Assembly: GCA_965203805.1 (NCBI GenBank)
Contig: OZ241917.1
Coordinates: 992,001 to 1,056,000, forward strand
Direction of reading: 5' to 3'
Length of the DNA: 64,000 nucleotides
Source of the DNA: Candidatus Latescibacterota bacterium
Lineage (GTDB): Bacteria; Latescibacterota; UBA2968; GCA-2709665
Position 1 is the first letter of the stretch, and each line of letters starts with the position of its first letter. The notes beneath the pieces are model-generated. The model searched no databases, was not told the origin of the DNA, and was given only the letters and a program-made list of their open reading frames with translations. The position numbers were made by a program, and so were the translations under genes. Positions 9,147 through 17,993 of this stretch are shown one piece after another.

Positions 9147-11126
9147 TCAATCCCCGCAATCGCCACTGCCCACAACCACAGAACTCTCGGCACCCTTACG
9201 CCCGAAACCGTTCACGGTTCGGACGGAAAGCCTGCTTCCTGACGCGTCGATGCGCCAGGCGAAGGCCGATGAACACGCCCGCCATTCGCCTTCGTCGATG
9301 CGTTTTTCGAACCCCTTCAGATTCGCGGTTTCCGTATCGAGAAGGACGTAAAGCTCGTCCGGCTCCCCACCCTGTTGGAGATGGATTTCGGCCCGGTCAG
9401 GCGTCCAGTACAGGTCTCCCGGGCGCTCCGTGTGTTCTGAAAACCAGGGCAGCCCCGGCGTGTCCGCGTCCTCCCAGAACAGATATCTGTTGAAGTGATA
9501 GGAGATCTTGCCGTGCTCCGGTTCTCCCGGGCCCATCGTCTCCAGTTCGTCGTTTCGAAGGGAGATCATAAAGCGTTCGAACAACTTCAGCCGCTCGGCC
9601 ACCTGAAACCGCCCGCCAACCGCCGGCGGGGGCTCGGGGACGAGCCTTATATCCGCGTAGTCCTCTTCAACCCAGGCGCGGTGCGCCTCCAGGGCACTGA
9701 GCGGCACCCCCTGCCGTTCCAGGTGGTAGGTGAACTTCGTCTCGTCGTTGGAATCGCCGCCGACGTCCATGGCCACCCATTTGCCGTGCTGGTTCGACCA
9801 GACTTCGTTGATGCAATGTGAACGCATGATCTGTGTGCGCGCGGTAAACCCCAGTGCGGCGCTGCATTGCGACATTACCGTCGCATAATGCGTGCACATT
9901 CCGAGGCTGAGCCCGCGGCTCGCAAGGCTCAGAATCACCATGGCGTCCCAGGGCGGGCAGAATTCAATTTCACCCATGTTCCAGCCGTCCTCCCACTGCT
10001 CCCTCACCCACTGACGCAAACGCAGGAACGCCTCGAACTCGGACTTCGCGGGACGGATGACTTCATCCAGCTTCCAGCGCTCCCGCAGGATCTGTCCGCG
10101 TTTCGAATCGGCCGGCAGGTGGGAAAAACGGTAGGAGCTTCGTATCAGCGCCGGGTTGTCGGAATCGACGATTCTTACCGCTGGCTGTGTAACCCCGCTG
10201 GCCGTTACCGAAAGCGTGACGGCCGCGATTTCCGGCGTCGCCGATGGCTGTTCTGACTGCAATATGATACGCCATTGAAGGAAACGGATCGGGCCGGCGG
10301 GAGCGATCGGACCCGATGCCGGCGCCCACGCCGTCCAGGTTTCCGGGCAGTAAGCCGGGCACGGGCCGCCCCGCCACTGCAGGGCCGTGGTACATCCCGC
10401 GGGCGTGCGCACGTCGGCGGACAGGCGGATCGCATCTATGCTGCCCGCGGCGGCGATCCCGTCAGCTGAAACAAGGCCCGGCAGGTCCACGGCATTGGAA
10501 CAGACCTCGCCTGATTCCACATATTGGTCCAGCCAGAGCCGGACCATGTATTCTCCGCAGGCGCGGTCGTTAACGCCCATCTCCCCGGACCGCCAGGTCA
10601 GGCCGCCGTCTTCGCTGACGGCGCTCCGTTTCGGCTGGACGCTCTCCTCGATCAGCAGCGTCCACGTCGCATCTTCCACAGCCCGGAAAGTCACCTCATT
10701 CCGACCTGCGCTGAGCCAGCCGGCGGGGATCTCCAGCGGTTGCCATCGGTCTTCCCAATATGAACGGTCGACGGGCCAGACGACCCTCAGCGAGTGACCG
10801 TTCACTTCTATGTCCAACTCCCCGTCCGCCCTGTCGCACAGCAGGTAGGGGCAAAGCAGCGCGCGGGATGCGCCCATTTCGGGAATGAAGAATGTCTTTC
10901 GGGCCAGTCGCAGGCCGGAAACGGCCTCGCGATCGTGCTGATTGCAGTTGCCCATCTCGTCGGCAAACGTCACCCCCCGCCTTAGCCTGACGGCATCCTC
11001 CTTAACAGAGATTCCCTTCCCCGTACACGCCGCGAAATCGCTTCGAGAAGCCCAGGTTCCAGTCCCGTTTGCCTGTTTCATACCCGCGTTCCGTTCCGAT
11101 AGGAGAATTGCGCCCTCATTGTCCAT
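9147..11126 (-). CDS. Transglutaminase-like (Cys-His-Asp) domain protein with long N-terminal beta-rich region
   Basis: LRQWVREQW ... GMCTHYA ... SHCINEVW ... WVAMD triad pattern. The true start may be ATG 11081. Confidence 0.75.
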   Translation of the reverse strand: MDNEGAILLSERNAGMKQANGTGTWASRSDFAACTGKGISVKEDAVRLRRGVTFADEMGNCNQHDREAVSGLRLARKTFFIPEMGASRALLCPYLLCDRADGELDIEVNGHSLRVVWPVDRSYWEDRWQPLEIPAGWLSAGRNEVTFRAVEDATWTLLIEESVQPKRSAVSEDGGLTWRSGEMGVNDRACGEYMVRLWLDQYVESGEVCSNAVDLPGLVSADGIAAAGSIDAIRLSADVRTPAGCTTALQWRGGPCPAYCPETWTAWAPASGPIAPAGPIRFLQWRIILQSEQPSATPEIAAVTLSVTASGVTQPAVRIVDSDNPALIRSSYRFSHLPADSKRGQILRERWKLDEVIRPAKSEFEAFLRLRQWVREQWEDGWNMGEIEFCPPWDAMVILSLASRGLSLGMCTHYATVMSQCSAALGFTARTQIMRSHCINEVWSNQHGKWVAMDVGGDSNDETKFTYHLERQGVPLSALEAHRAWVEEDYADIRLVPEPPPAVGGRFQVAERLKLFERFMISLRNDELETMGPGEPEHGKISYHFNRYLFWEDADTPGLPWFSEHTERPGDLYWTPDRAEIHLQQGGEPDELYVLLDTETANLKGFEKRIDEGEWRACSSAFAWRIDASGSRLSVRTVNGFGRKGAESSVVVGSGDCGD

Positions 11127-11192
11127 ACACTATATTTGGAAACCCGGATACCCGGGCGGCGATGAAGGACCGCAGACCCCGGTTTCAACACC

Positions 11193-11221
11193 TTGCCGGC
11201 CGGTGAAGTTGCGCCTATACA
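11193..11221 (+). promoter_or_regulatory. Putative sigma70 promoter for the flavin oxidoreductase
   Basis: TTGCCG, 17 nt, TATACA, about 40 nt upstream of ATG 11259. Confidence 0.4.
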
Positions 11222-11258
11222 GGCCGGCTCCGCGAAATGCCGCAGCAGGGACGACCCG

Positions 11259-12740
11259 ATGCCAGACGAAAACATTGTACGCATAGGACACCTCAAGACC
11301 GTGGACGCGTTTCGGAAACGCCTCGAGGGGCTCGGCCTTGCGTTGTCGTGCGACCAGGACATTCTTACCGCGCCTGAATCTCCGCTCGCACAACCGTTTC
11401 CATTCACACCGGAACCGATCGGCAATCGGTTCGCGATCCACCCGATGGAAGGCTGGGACGGTCTGACCGACGGCAATCCATCGGAAGATACCCGCCGCCG
11501 GTGGCGCCACTTCGGTCTGAGCGGCGCAAAGCTCATCTGGGGAGGCGAGGCGATTGCCGTACGACCCGAAGCTCGCGCCAACCCCAACCAGCTGTTCGCC
11601 GCCGAACATACCCGAAACGGCCTGGGCGAGTTGCTCAAAACGCTGCGAGCCGCCCACCGGCTGCACGTTGGCAACACCGACGATCTGGTGGTCGGGCTGC
11701 AACTGACGCACTCGGGACGGTTCTGTCGGCCCACGCACAAAAGCAGGATGGAACCCCGAATCCTGTACCGTCACCCCATCCTCGACCGTAAATTCGGCGT
11801 GGGCCCGGATCACCCGGTGATGTCGGACGGCGAGATTCGATCCGTTATAGACGACTATGTAACGGCCGCACGAATGGCCGCCGATCTGGGCTACCAGTTC
11901 GTGGACATCAAGCATTGCCACGGATATCTGGGCCACGAATTCCTGAGCGCCGTCACACGCAACGGTCCCTTTGGCGGCACATTCGAAAACCGGACGCGTT
12001 TCCTCAGGGAAATTGTCCATGGGATCCGGACCGTCGCGCCAGGTCTCCGGATTGGCGTACGCCTGAGCGTATTTGACTTCGTACCATTCCGGCCCGACCC
12101 GGATCGATCCGACGGTCGCAGACAGGGCCCCGGCATTCCCGAAGACTTCGGCCACTGCCTGCCCTATACCTGCGGTTTTGGCACGAATGCGTCCAATCCC
12201 GTGGTTCCGGATCTCACCGAACCCTATCTCTTTCTGGATCTTCTCGAACGCCTGGATATCCGACTGGTCAATCTCTCGGCCGGCAGCCCGTATTACAATC
12301 CTCACATTCAGCGTCCCGCGTATTATCCCCCGTCAGACGGATACCAACCCCCCGAAGACCCTCTGGCGGGTGTCGCGCGTCAGATCGACGTCGTCCGGCG
12401 GATCAAGAAGCGGCATCCCGGCCTGATCCTGGTGGGTACGGGATATTCCTACCTTCAGGAGTTTCTGCCGCACGTGGCGCAAGCCCAGGTGCGCGAAAGG
12501 CACGTTGATTTTATCGGACTGGGCAGGATGGTCCTTTCCTACCCGCGGCTTCCGCTGGACGTCCTGGAAGAAGGGAAACTGAACACGCGGGTCGTCTGTC
12601 GGACATTCAGCGATTGCACCACCGCGCCACGGAACGGGATGATATCCGGTTGTTTTCCTCTCGACACACATTACAAAAAAACCCCTGAAGCCAAACGCCT
12701 CAGGGAAATTAAGAAAGCCGTCCGTCCCCGGCAAGGGTAA
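11259..12740 (+). CDS. NADH:flavin oxidoreductase / Old Yellow Enzyme family
   Basis: [45 protein letters not shown] and DFIGLGR. Confidence 0.9.
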   Translation: MPDENIVRIGHLKTVDAFRKRLEGLGLALSCDQDILTAPESPLAQPFPFTPEPIGNRFAIHPMEGWDGLTDGNPSEDTRRRWRHFGLSGAKLIWGGEAIAVRPEARANPNQLFAAEHTRNGLGELLKTLRAAHRLHVGNTDDLVVGLQLTHSGRFCRPTHKSRMEPRILYRHPILDRKFGVGPDHPVMSDGEIRSVIDDYVTAARMAADLGYQFVDIKHCHGYLGHEFLSAVTRNGPFGGTFENRTRFLREIVHGIRTVAPGLRIGVRLSVFDFVPFRPDPDRSDGRRQGPGIPEDFGHCLPYTCGFGTNASNPVVPDLTEPYLFLDLLERLDIRLVNLSAGSPYYNPHIQRPAYYPPSDGYQPPEDPLAGVARQIDVVRRIKKRHPGLILVGTGYSYLQEFLPHVAQAQVRERHVDFIGLGRMVLSYPRLPLDVLEEGKLNTRVVCRTFSDCTTAPRNGMISGCFPLDTHYKKTPEAKRLREIKKAVRPRQG

Positions 12741-12776
12741 AGCGGCGCGGCGCGGGTAGGGCCGCGACCAACGCCC

Positions 12777-13586
12777 TCAACCCGCTTTGCCATCTGCAAT
12801 TGCCTCGGACTTCAGTACGAAGACCTCCTCCAGAATGAAGAAATCGACGCTCGGCGCCAGTTGGACTTCCCTGAAGAGGGCCTGATCACGTTCACCCACA
12901 CGGGTTACGGTGCCGATCAGAAGCCCCTTGGGAAACACGCCCCCGAGGCCGGAGGAGATGATCCTGTCGCCTTCGGAAACCTCGCTGCGTACCGACACGT
13001 GCCTCAGGAAAAACCTGCCGTTTTCACTCGTCACAATCCCCGAAGTCCGTTCATCGCTCTGCACGATCGCGCTCACCCTGCAATTACGATCGAGCAGCAA
13101 CTGAACCACGGCAGTTCGCGGGTGAACTTCCAGCACGCGACCGACGAGCCCGTCCGCGGTTACGACCGGCATGCGTTTCACCACACCGTCCGCCGCACCC
13201 ATATCCAAAAGCACCGTGTTCATTACCCGGTTCGGATCCCGGGCAACCACCTTCGCTACGAGATACGTGCCTTCGGCCTTTGATCGGAAGTCGAGCAATT
13301 CGCGAAGCCGGAGATTCTCCATCCGCGCCTCACGGAGACCGAGCAGTTCGAGCGAGATGCGCAGATTCTGCTCCCGCAGGATACGGTTCTCGCGGCGCAG
13401 CCTGGAGAGTTCCAATGGCCATGTGAACAGCCCGTGTCCGGCCTTGAGCAGTCCGGTGGCGATACCCCTGGCCAAAGCCACGCTATCGGATTGCCCGAAC
13501 GCCATAAGGCCCGACGATACAAGGACGGCCACGCCAAGAACGACCAGGGCGCGGTGTCCGCGTATAAAACCGAACAGCCACTGCAT
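12777..13586 (-). CDS. mreC: Rod shape-determining protein MreC
   Basis: N-terminal TM helix, coiled coil (ENLRLRELL), GLVGRV and SSGLGGVFPKGLLIG; follows mreB. Confidence 0.95.
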   Translation of the reverse strand: MQWLFGFIRGHRALVVLGVAVLVSSGLMAFGQSDSVALARGIATGLLKAGHGLFTWPLELSRLRRENRILREQNLRISLELLGLREARMENLRLRELLDFRSKAEGTYLVAKVVARDPNRVMNTVLLDMGAADGVVKRMPVVTADGLVGRVLEVHPRTAVVQLLLDRNCRVSAIVQSDERTSGIVTSENGRFFLRHVSVRSEVSEGDRIISSGLGGVFPKGLLIGTVTRVGERDQALFREVQLAPSVDFFILEEVFVLKSEAIADGKAG

Positions 13587-13608
13587 GAGTCATCCAAACC
13601 GCAATCGA

Positions 13609-14628
13609 TTACAAAAGCAGTTTCTGATACTGGTCGATATTCTCGAGAACACGCCCGGTGCCGCGCACAACGCAGGTGAGCGGATCGTCCGCCACGATCA
13701 CGGGCAGGCCGGTCTCTTCCATCAGCCTGCGGTCCAATCCCCGCAGCAATGCTCCGCCTCCCGTCATGATAATGCCCCGATCGAGTATATCGGCAGCCAG
13801 TTCCGGCGGCGTATGCTCCAGTGTCTGCCGCACCGCTTCCAGAATGGAATTCACCGTCCCATTGAGAGCTTCCCGAATTTCCACCGAGTCGACGATTATG
13901 GTTTTCGGGATGAAACTGACCGTATCCAGCCCCCGGCAGGGATGCTGGAATTCGCTATCCAGTGTGCCGGCAGAACCGATTTCACATTTGATTTGTTCCG
14001 CGCTCCGCTCGCCAACGAGAAGGTTGTGTTTGCGTCTGAGCATCGTGATGATGGCCTGATTCATCCCGTCGCCCGCTATCTTGATGGACCGCGAGGTCAC
14101 GATGCCCGACAGGGCGATCACCGCGATTTCGGTGGTACCGCCTCCGATGTCAATCACCATGGATCCCACGGCCTCCTCCACGGGAAGGCCGATCCCGATA
14201 GCTGCGGCCATGGGTTCCGTGATGATGTAGACCTCGCGGGCCCCCGCACGTTCGGCGGATTCCCTGACGGCCCGCATTTCGACGGCAGTCACCCCCGACG
14301 GCACGCAAATCACAATCCGAGGACGGACAAGAAGCCTGTTTTTCTGGACCTTCCGGATGAAGTGACGCAGCATCTCTTCGGTCACGTCGAAATCGGCAAT
14401 GACCCCGTTCCGCAGTGGGCGAATGACGTCAATATCGGGGTTCTGGCGGCCCATCATCTGCTTGGCATGAGATCCGATGGCTAGCGGTTTGTGGGAATTT
14501 CGGTCCAGCGCAACAACCGACGGCTCGTCGACCACGATGTTCTGCCCTTTGACGTAGACCAGGGTATTGGCCGTACCCAGATCGATACCAATGTCATTGG
14601 ACAGCAGTCTGGAAAGAAATAGTGCCAT
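13609..14628 (-). CDS. mreB: Rod shape-determining protein MreB
   Basis: IGIDLGTANT, EPMAAAIG, DIGGGTTE and TGGGALL actin-like motifs. Confidence 0.98.
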   Translation of the reverse strand: MALFLSRLLSNDIGIDLGTANTLVYVKGQNIVVDEPSVVALDRNSHKPLAIGSHAKQMMGRQNPDIDVIRPLRNGVIADFDVTEEMLRHFIRKVQKNRLLVRPRIVICVPSGVTAVEMRAVRESAERAGAREVYIITEPMAAAIGIGLPVEEAVGSMVIDIGGGTTEIAVIALSGIVTSRSIKIAGDGMNQAIITMLRRKHNLLVGERSAEQIKCEIGSAGTLDSEFQHPCRGLDTVSFIPKTIIVDSVEIREALNGTVNSILEAVRQTLEHTPPELAADILDRGIIMTGGGALLRGLDRRLMEETGLPVIVADDPLTCVVRGTGRVLENIDQYQKLLL

Positions 14629-14715
14629 AACGTTTCGTTTCCTAACGGGTTAGCCGAGCAATCGGTCTCGAACGTCGCGATGCTTGTCCAGGGTCTTCCT
14701 GTCCCGGACAGAACA

Positions 14716-15378
14716 CTAGTTTAGAATTCGTACCTCCCGGCCATCCACGCTGATTTTTCCCTCCGCGAAGAGGCCGATCACTTCGGAAAGTAACTCGTGC
14801 TCCACGGCCAGCACCTTGCGCGCGAGTGAATCGGGCGTTTCCTCCGGCTGGACGCGGATGCTTCGCTGCAAGATGACCGGGCCGGTGTCGTAATCCCCGT
14901 CCACGAAATGGACGGTCGCTCCCGAGACCTCCACGCCACTGCGGACAACAGCTTCGTGGACGAGGTCCCCATACATCCCCTTTCCACCGAATGCGGGCAG
15001 CAGGGCGGGGTGTATATTGATGATTCGATCCCTGAAGTTTTCAAGCGTCACACGGCCCAGTTTCTTCATATAGCCGGCCAGAACAACCAGGTTGACACCG
15101 TGGGACCTGAGCGTTTCCGCGATCGCACGGTCGAGGGCGCCGGGTTGCGGATGCGTCCTGCCGCTGAGGTGGAACGCCGGGATTCCCGCCCGGCGGGCGC
15201 GGGCGAAAGCGCCCGACCGGCTGTTGTTGCCGATAACGACGCCCACATGCGCCGGAAGCCGTCCGGAGGCGCTCCGGTCGATTATCGCCTGCAGATTGGT
15301 TCCCCCTCCGGAGGCCAGCACACCCAAGCGATAGGCAGCGTTCCGTCCGGACAGGTTCACAGTTCCACGATCCGACAC
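14716..15378 (-). CDS. purN: Phosphoribosylglycinamide formyltransferase
   Basis: VLASGGGTNLQAI, LAGYM, INIHPALLP and GATVHFVDGDYDTGP. Confidence 0.96.
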   Translation of the reverse strand: MSDRGTVNLSGRNAAYRLGVLASGGGTNLQAIIDRSASGRLPAHVGVVIGNNSRSGAFARARRAGIPAFHLSGRTHPQPGALDRAIAETLRSHGVNLVVLAGYMKKLGRVTLENFRDRIINIHPALLPAFGGKGMYGDLVHEAVVRSGVEVSGATVHFVDGDYDTGPVILQRSIRVQPEETPDSLARKVLAVEHELLSEVIGLFAEGKISVDGREVRILN

Positions 15379-15501
15379 GGGGATTTATTCCGATAACTGA
15401 CTTTACAGCATATAATTCGGCGGGGAAGAAGTAGAAATGCGGGGACACACCCGTCCGCAAGTGTGGCGGCGGGCCCGAGTGGCAACCGGCTCGGCCAACT
15501 C

Positions 15502-15530
15502 AAAATAACCCATTGCACGCTTGATGTCAA
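15502..15530 (-). promoter_or_regulatory. sigma70 promoter for purN-mreB-mreC
   Basis: Minus strand TTGACA, 17 nt, TATTTT. Confidence 0.65.
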
Positions 15531-15575
15531 GGGCTTTGCAGGCGAGGTTCAGCCGGTGCGGCAGGCGAAATCCAC

Positions 15576-15606
15576 TTGACAAGGATAAGACAATTATTCT
15601 TATTTA
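15576..15606 (+). promoter_or_regulatory. galU promoter region with inverted-repeat operator candidate
   Basis: TTGACA at 15576-15581, then ATAAGA-N7-TCTTAT (15585-15603) in an AT-rich patch. Confidence 0.45.
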
Positions 15607-15660
15607 AACCGGTAAATGTTAAGCACTTACTCATCTGACGAACCACAACGGAGGCTGTCT

Positions 15661-16539
15661 TTGAAGATACGCAAGGCGGTGATCGCTGCGGCCGGGCATG
15701 GCAGTCGGATGTTGCCGGCTACCAAAGCCCTGCCCAAGGAGATGATGCCCGTCGTCGACAAACCGGCCATACAGTACATTGTTGAAGAGCTGGTCGAAGC
15801 CGGCATCGAAGACATCCTGATGATCACGGGCAGAGGCAAACGGTCCATTGAAGACCACTTCGACCGCAACGTCGAAATCCACAACGCCCTCGCAATGCGG
15901 GAAGACAGCTCGATGATTGCGACCCTCGAACGCATCGAGCGGCTCGCCGACATCCACTATCTCCGGCAGAGAGAACTGCTCGGCACCGGGCACGCCGTCC
16001 TGAAGGCCCGCAAACACATCGGCGACGAACCCTTTGCCGTTTTATTCGGAGACGATCTGGTGGTGTCGGAACGTCCGTGCATAGGGCAACTGATGGACCA
16101 TTACGACAGATTGGGTGCGTCGATTCTGGCGGTTAAGGAAGTCGCCCGCGAACGTGTCGGAAGCTACGGTGTGATCCGGGCCGAACCCGCCAACGGGGCT
16201 TATCTCGTAAAGGCCCTGGTGGAAAAACCCGAACCCGTGCAGGCGCCTTCGAATTTCGCCTGTCTTGGTCGGTATATCTTTGAACCCGACATCTTCGATT
16301 TTCTGGATCGAATCAGCCCGGTGGATAACGGCGAGTACCAGCTCACCGACGCGATTCAACTCATGATTCAATCCCGCCCCGTTTACGCGTGCGCGATCGA
16401 AGGGGACTGGCACACGGTTGGCGACCTGCTTTCGTACGTCCAAACGTCGGTCTCATTTGCCCTGATGCACCCCGAAATCGGCCAATCCTTCCGCGAATAC
16501 CTGAAAACCGTCTGCCAGGTTCCACCCTCCGATCGCTAG
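15661..16539 (+). CDS. galU: UTP--glucose-1-phosphate uridylyltransferase
   Basis: KAVIAAAGHGSRMLPATKALPKEM, LGTGHAV, LVEKP and EYQLTDAI; TTG start after GGAGG. Confidence 0.94.
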   Translation: MKIRKAVIAAAGHGSRMLPATKALPKEMMPVVDKPAIQYIVEELVEAGIEDILMITGRGKRSIEDHFDRNVEIHNALAMREDSSMIATLERIERLADIHYLRQRELLGTGHAVLKARKHIGDEPFAVLFGDDLVVSERPCIGQLMDHYDRLGASILAVKEVARERVGSYGVIRAEPANGAYLVKALVEKPEPVQAPSNFACLGRYIFEPDIFDFLDRISPVDNGEYQLTDAIQLMIQSRPVYACAIEGDWHTVGDLLSYVQTSVSFALMHPEIGQSFREYLKTVCQVPPSDR

Positions 16540-16542
16540 GCG

Positions 16543-17232
16543 TCACTCGGCTTCAGAAAGGGACCGCCAGGCGTCAAGAATGCCGTTGAAATCATCCAGA
16601 ATCCTCTCTGCGCCGGCGACAATTTCACGTTCGTGTCTCGCGATCCACTTCATATCCCGCCCACTTACAATGTTGCGTCTCTCACAGGACTCAAGCTCAT
16701 CCCGATCCAGAACCGTAAGCCGGCCTTCCGGATCGTACCAGAGGTCCAGCAGGAGGTCGACGTAGTCCACGCAACGATCGCCGACCTCCAGATTTCTGCA
16801 GATGTGAAAGAGATGGCCCAGGAGCCGCCCTTCCGGGTCGCACATCTTCCACAGCACATACCCCGCTCCCTGCCGATAATACCCGTAGGTTACGGACCCG
16901 GTGCGAATCGCCGTGTCCCCAACACGGCCCGGCCGTACATTCACATATCTGAGCACCACGCAGTCGCCGGTGTGCACGATGGGATCGCAGGCAAAGACGG
17001 CGTCCGGCTTGTCCAGGTGCCGCTTTACCTCCCGAAACTTCATGGCGAAAGAGAACGGGTCAGCATATAACAGAACAGCATCGTTGTGCTCGCCACCAGC
17101 CAGCATGCCCATTGAAGCAGCTTTGCCCGTCGCCCGGCCATACCGGACGAAATGGACTGGCCGAGATAGCAAATCAGAAACACCAGCGAAATGCCGATAC
17201 CCCAGATCGTAATCAAGAATGGCCCTCCTCAC
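16543..17232 (-). CDS. DUF402-domain protein
   Basis: C-terminal YVDLLLDLWYDPEGRLTVLDRDEL signature. Overlaps the pcm stop (ATGA); the real start could be internal (MKFREVKRHL). Confidence 0.7.
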   Translation of the reverse strand: MRRAILDYDLGYRHFAGVSDLLSRPVHFVRYGRATGKAASMGMLAGGEHNDAVLLYADPFSFAMKFREVKRHLDKPDAVFACDPIVHTGDCVVLRYVNVRPGRVGDTAIRTGSVTYGYYRQGAGYVLWKMCDPEGRLLGHLFHICRNLEVGDRCVDYVDLLLDLWYDPEGRLTVLDRDELESCERRNIVSGRDMKWIARHEREIVAGAERILDDFNGILDAWRSLSEAE

Positions 17233-17972
17233 TCCTGCGCCTGTGCTTCACCCGTCATCGGAACAAACCGGACGGCAATAACCCGTTCTTCCCTTACGCC
17301 GTCCTTCTCCTTGACGAGTAACGTCAGGGTTTGATTATCGGTGCCGACAGGTATCACCATGCGCCCCCCTTCCCGAAGCTGTTCAACGAGCTTCGGGGGA
17401 ATATGGTCGGGCGCCGCGGTTACGATCACCGCGTCGAACGGCGCGTGTTCCGCCCAGCCGCGGTACCCGTCGCCGAGGCGTACGCTGATATTGTCGTATC
17501 CCATACGTCTGAGTCGCACCTCGGCCTGCCGGGCGAGCGACGGCACGATCTCGATCGTATACACTTCCCGCACCAGCTTTGCCAGAACGGCCGCCTGGTA
17601 CCCCGAGCCGGTTCCCACCTCCAGCACGCGCTCGTCCCCTTCAAGGGCCAGCAATTCCGTCATTCTCGCCACGATGTACGGCTGTGAAATCGTCTGGTCT
17701 TCCCCGATCGGCAGCGCGCCGTCGTCGTATGCCCGCGCTTTGAGGTGCGGGGGCACGAAAAGGTGGCGCGGTATCCCCAACAAGGCGTTCAACACGCGCC
17801 GGTCCTTGATTCCGCGGCGCTCGATCTGTGTCTTTACCATCTTCCTGCGCATAATGAGAAATCGCGCCTCCTCATCAGCCGACATCCCCTGTCCGTCGGT
17901 CGAATCCGCACTACATCCCGCGCTAAGCGCTATCCACAGCGCCGGCATTGTTGCGCCGCGTAAGCGATGCAT
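17229..17972 (-). CDS. pcm: Protein-L-isoaspartate(D-aspartate) O-methyltransferase
   Basis: PRHLFVP, QTISQPYIVA, VLEVGTGSGYQAA, APFDAVIVTAA and VRFVPM; N-terminal extension ending LSAGC. Confidence 0.95.
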   Translation of the reverse strand: MHRLRGATMPALWIALSAGCSADSTDGQGMSADEEARFLIMRRKMVKTQIERRGIKDRRVLNALLGIPRHLFVPPHLKARAYDDGALPIGEDQTISQPYIVARMTELLALEGDERVLEVGTGSGYQAAVLAKLVREVYTIEIVPSLARQAEVRLRRMGYDNISVRLGDGYRGWAEHAPFDAVIVTAAPDHIPPKLVEQLREGGRMVIPVGTDNQTLTLLVKEKDGVREERVIAVRFVPMTGEAQAQE

Positions 17973-17993
17973 GACCTGCGCCCTCCGGGAGAA

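Noticed and set aside
15390-15445. Purine riboswitch-like words (TTTCTAC ... CTGTAAA) upstream of purN
   Set aside because: Spacing and P2/P3 pairing do not fit the purine aptamer, and the 5' TATAAT/TATGG elements are missing in the right order.
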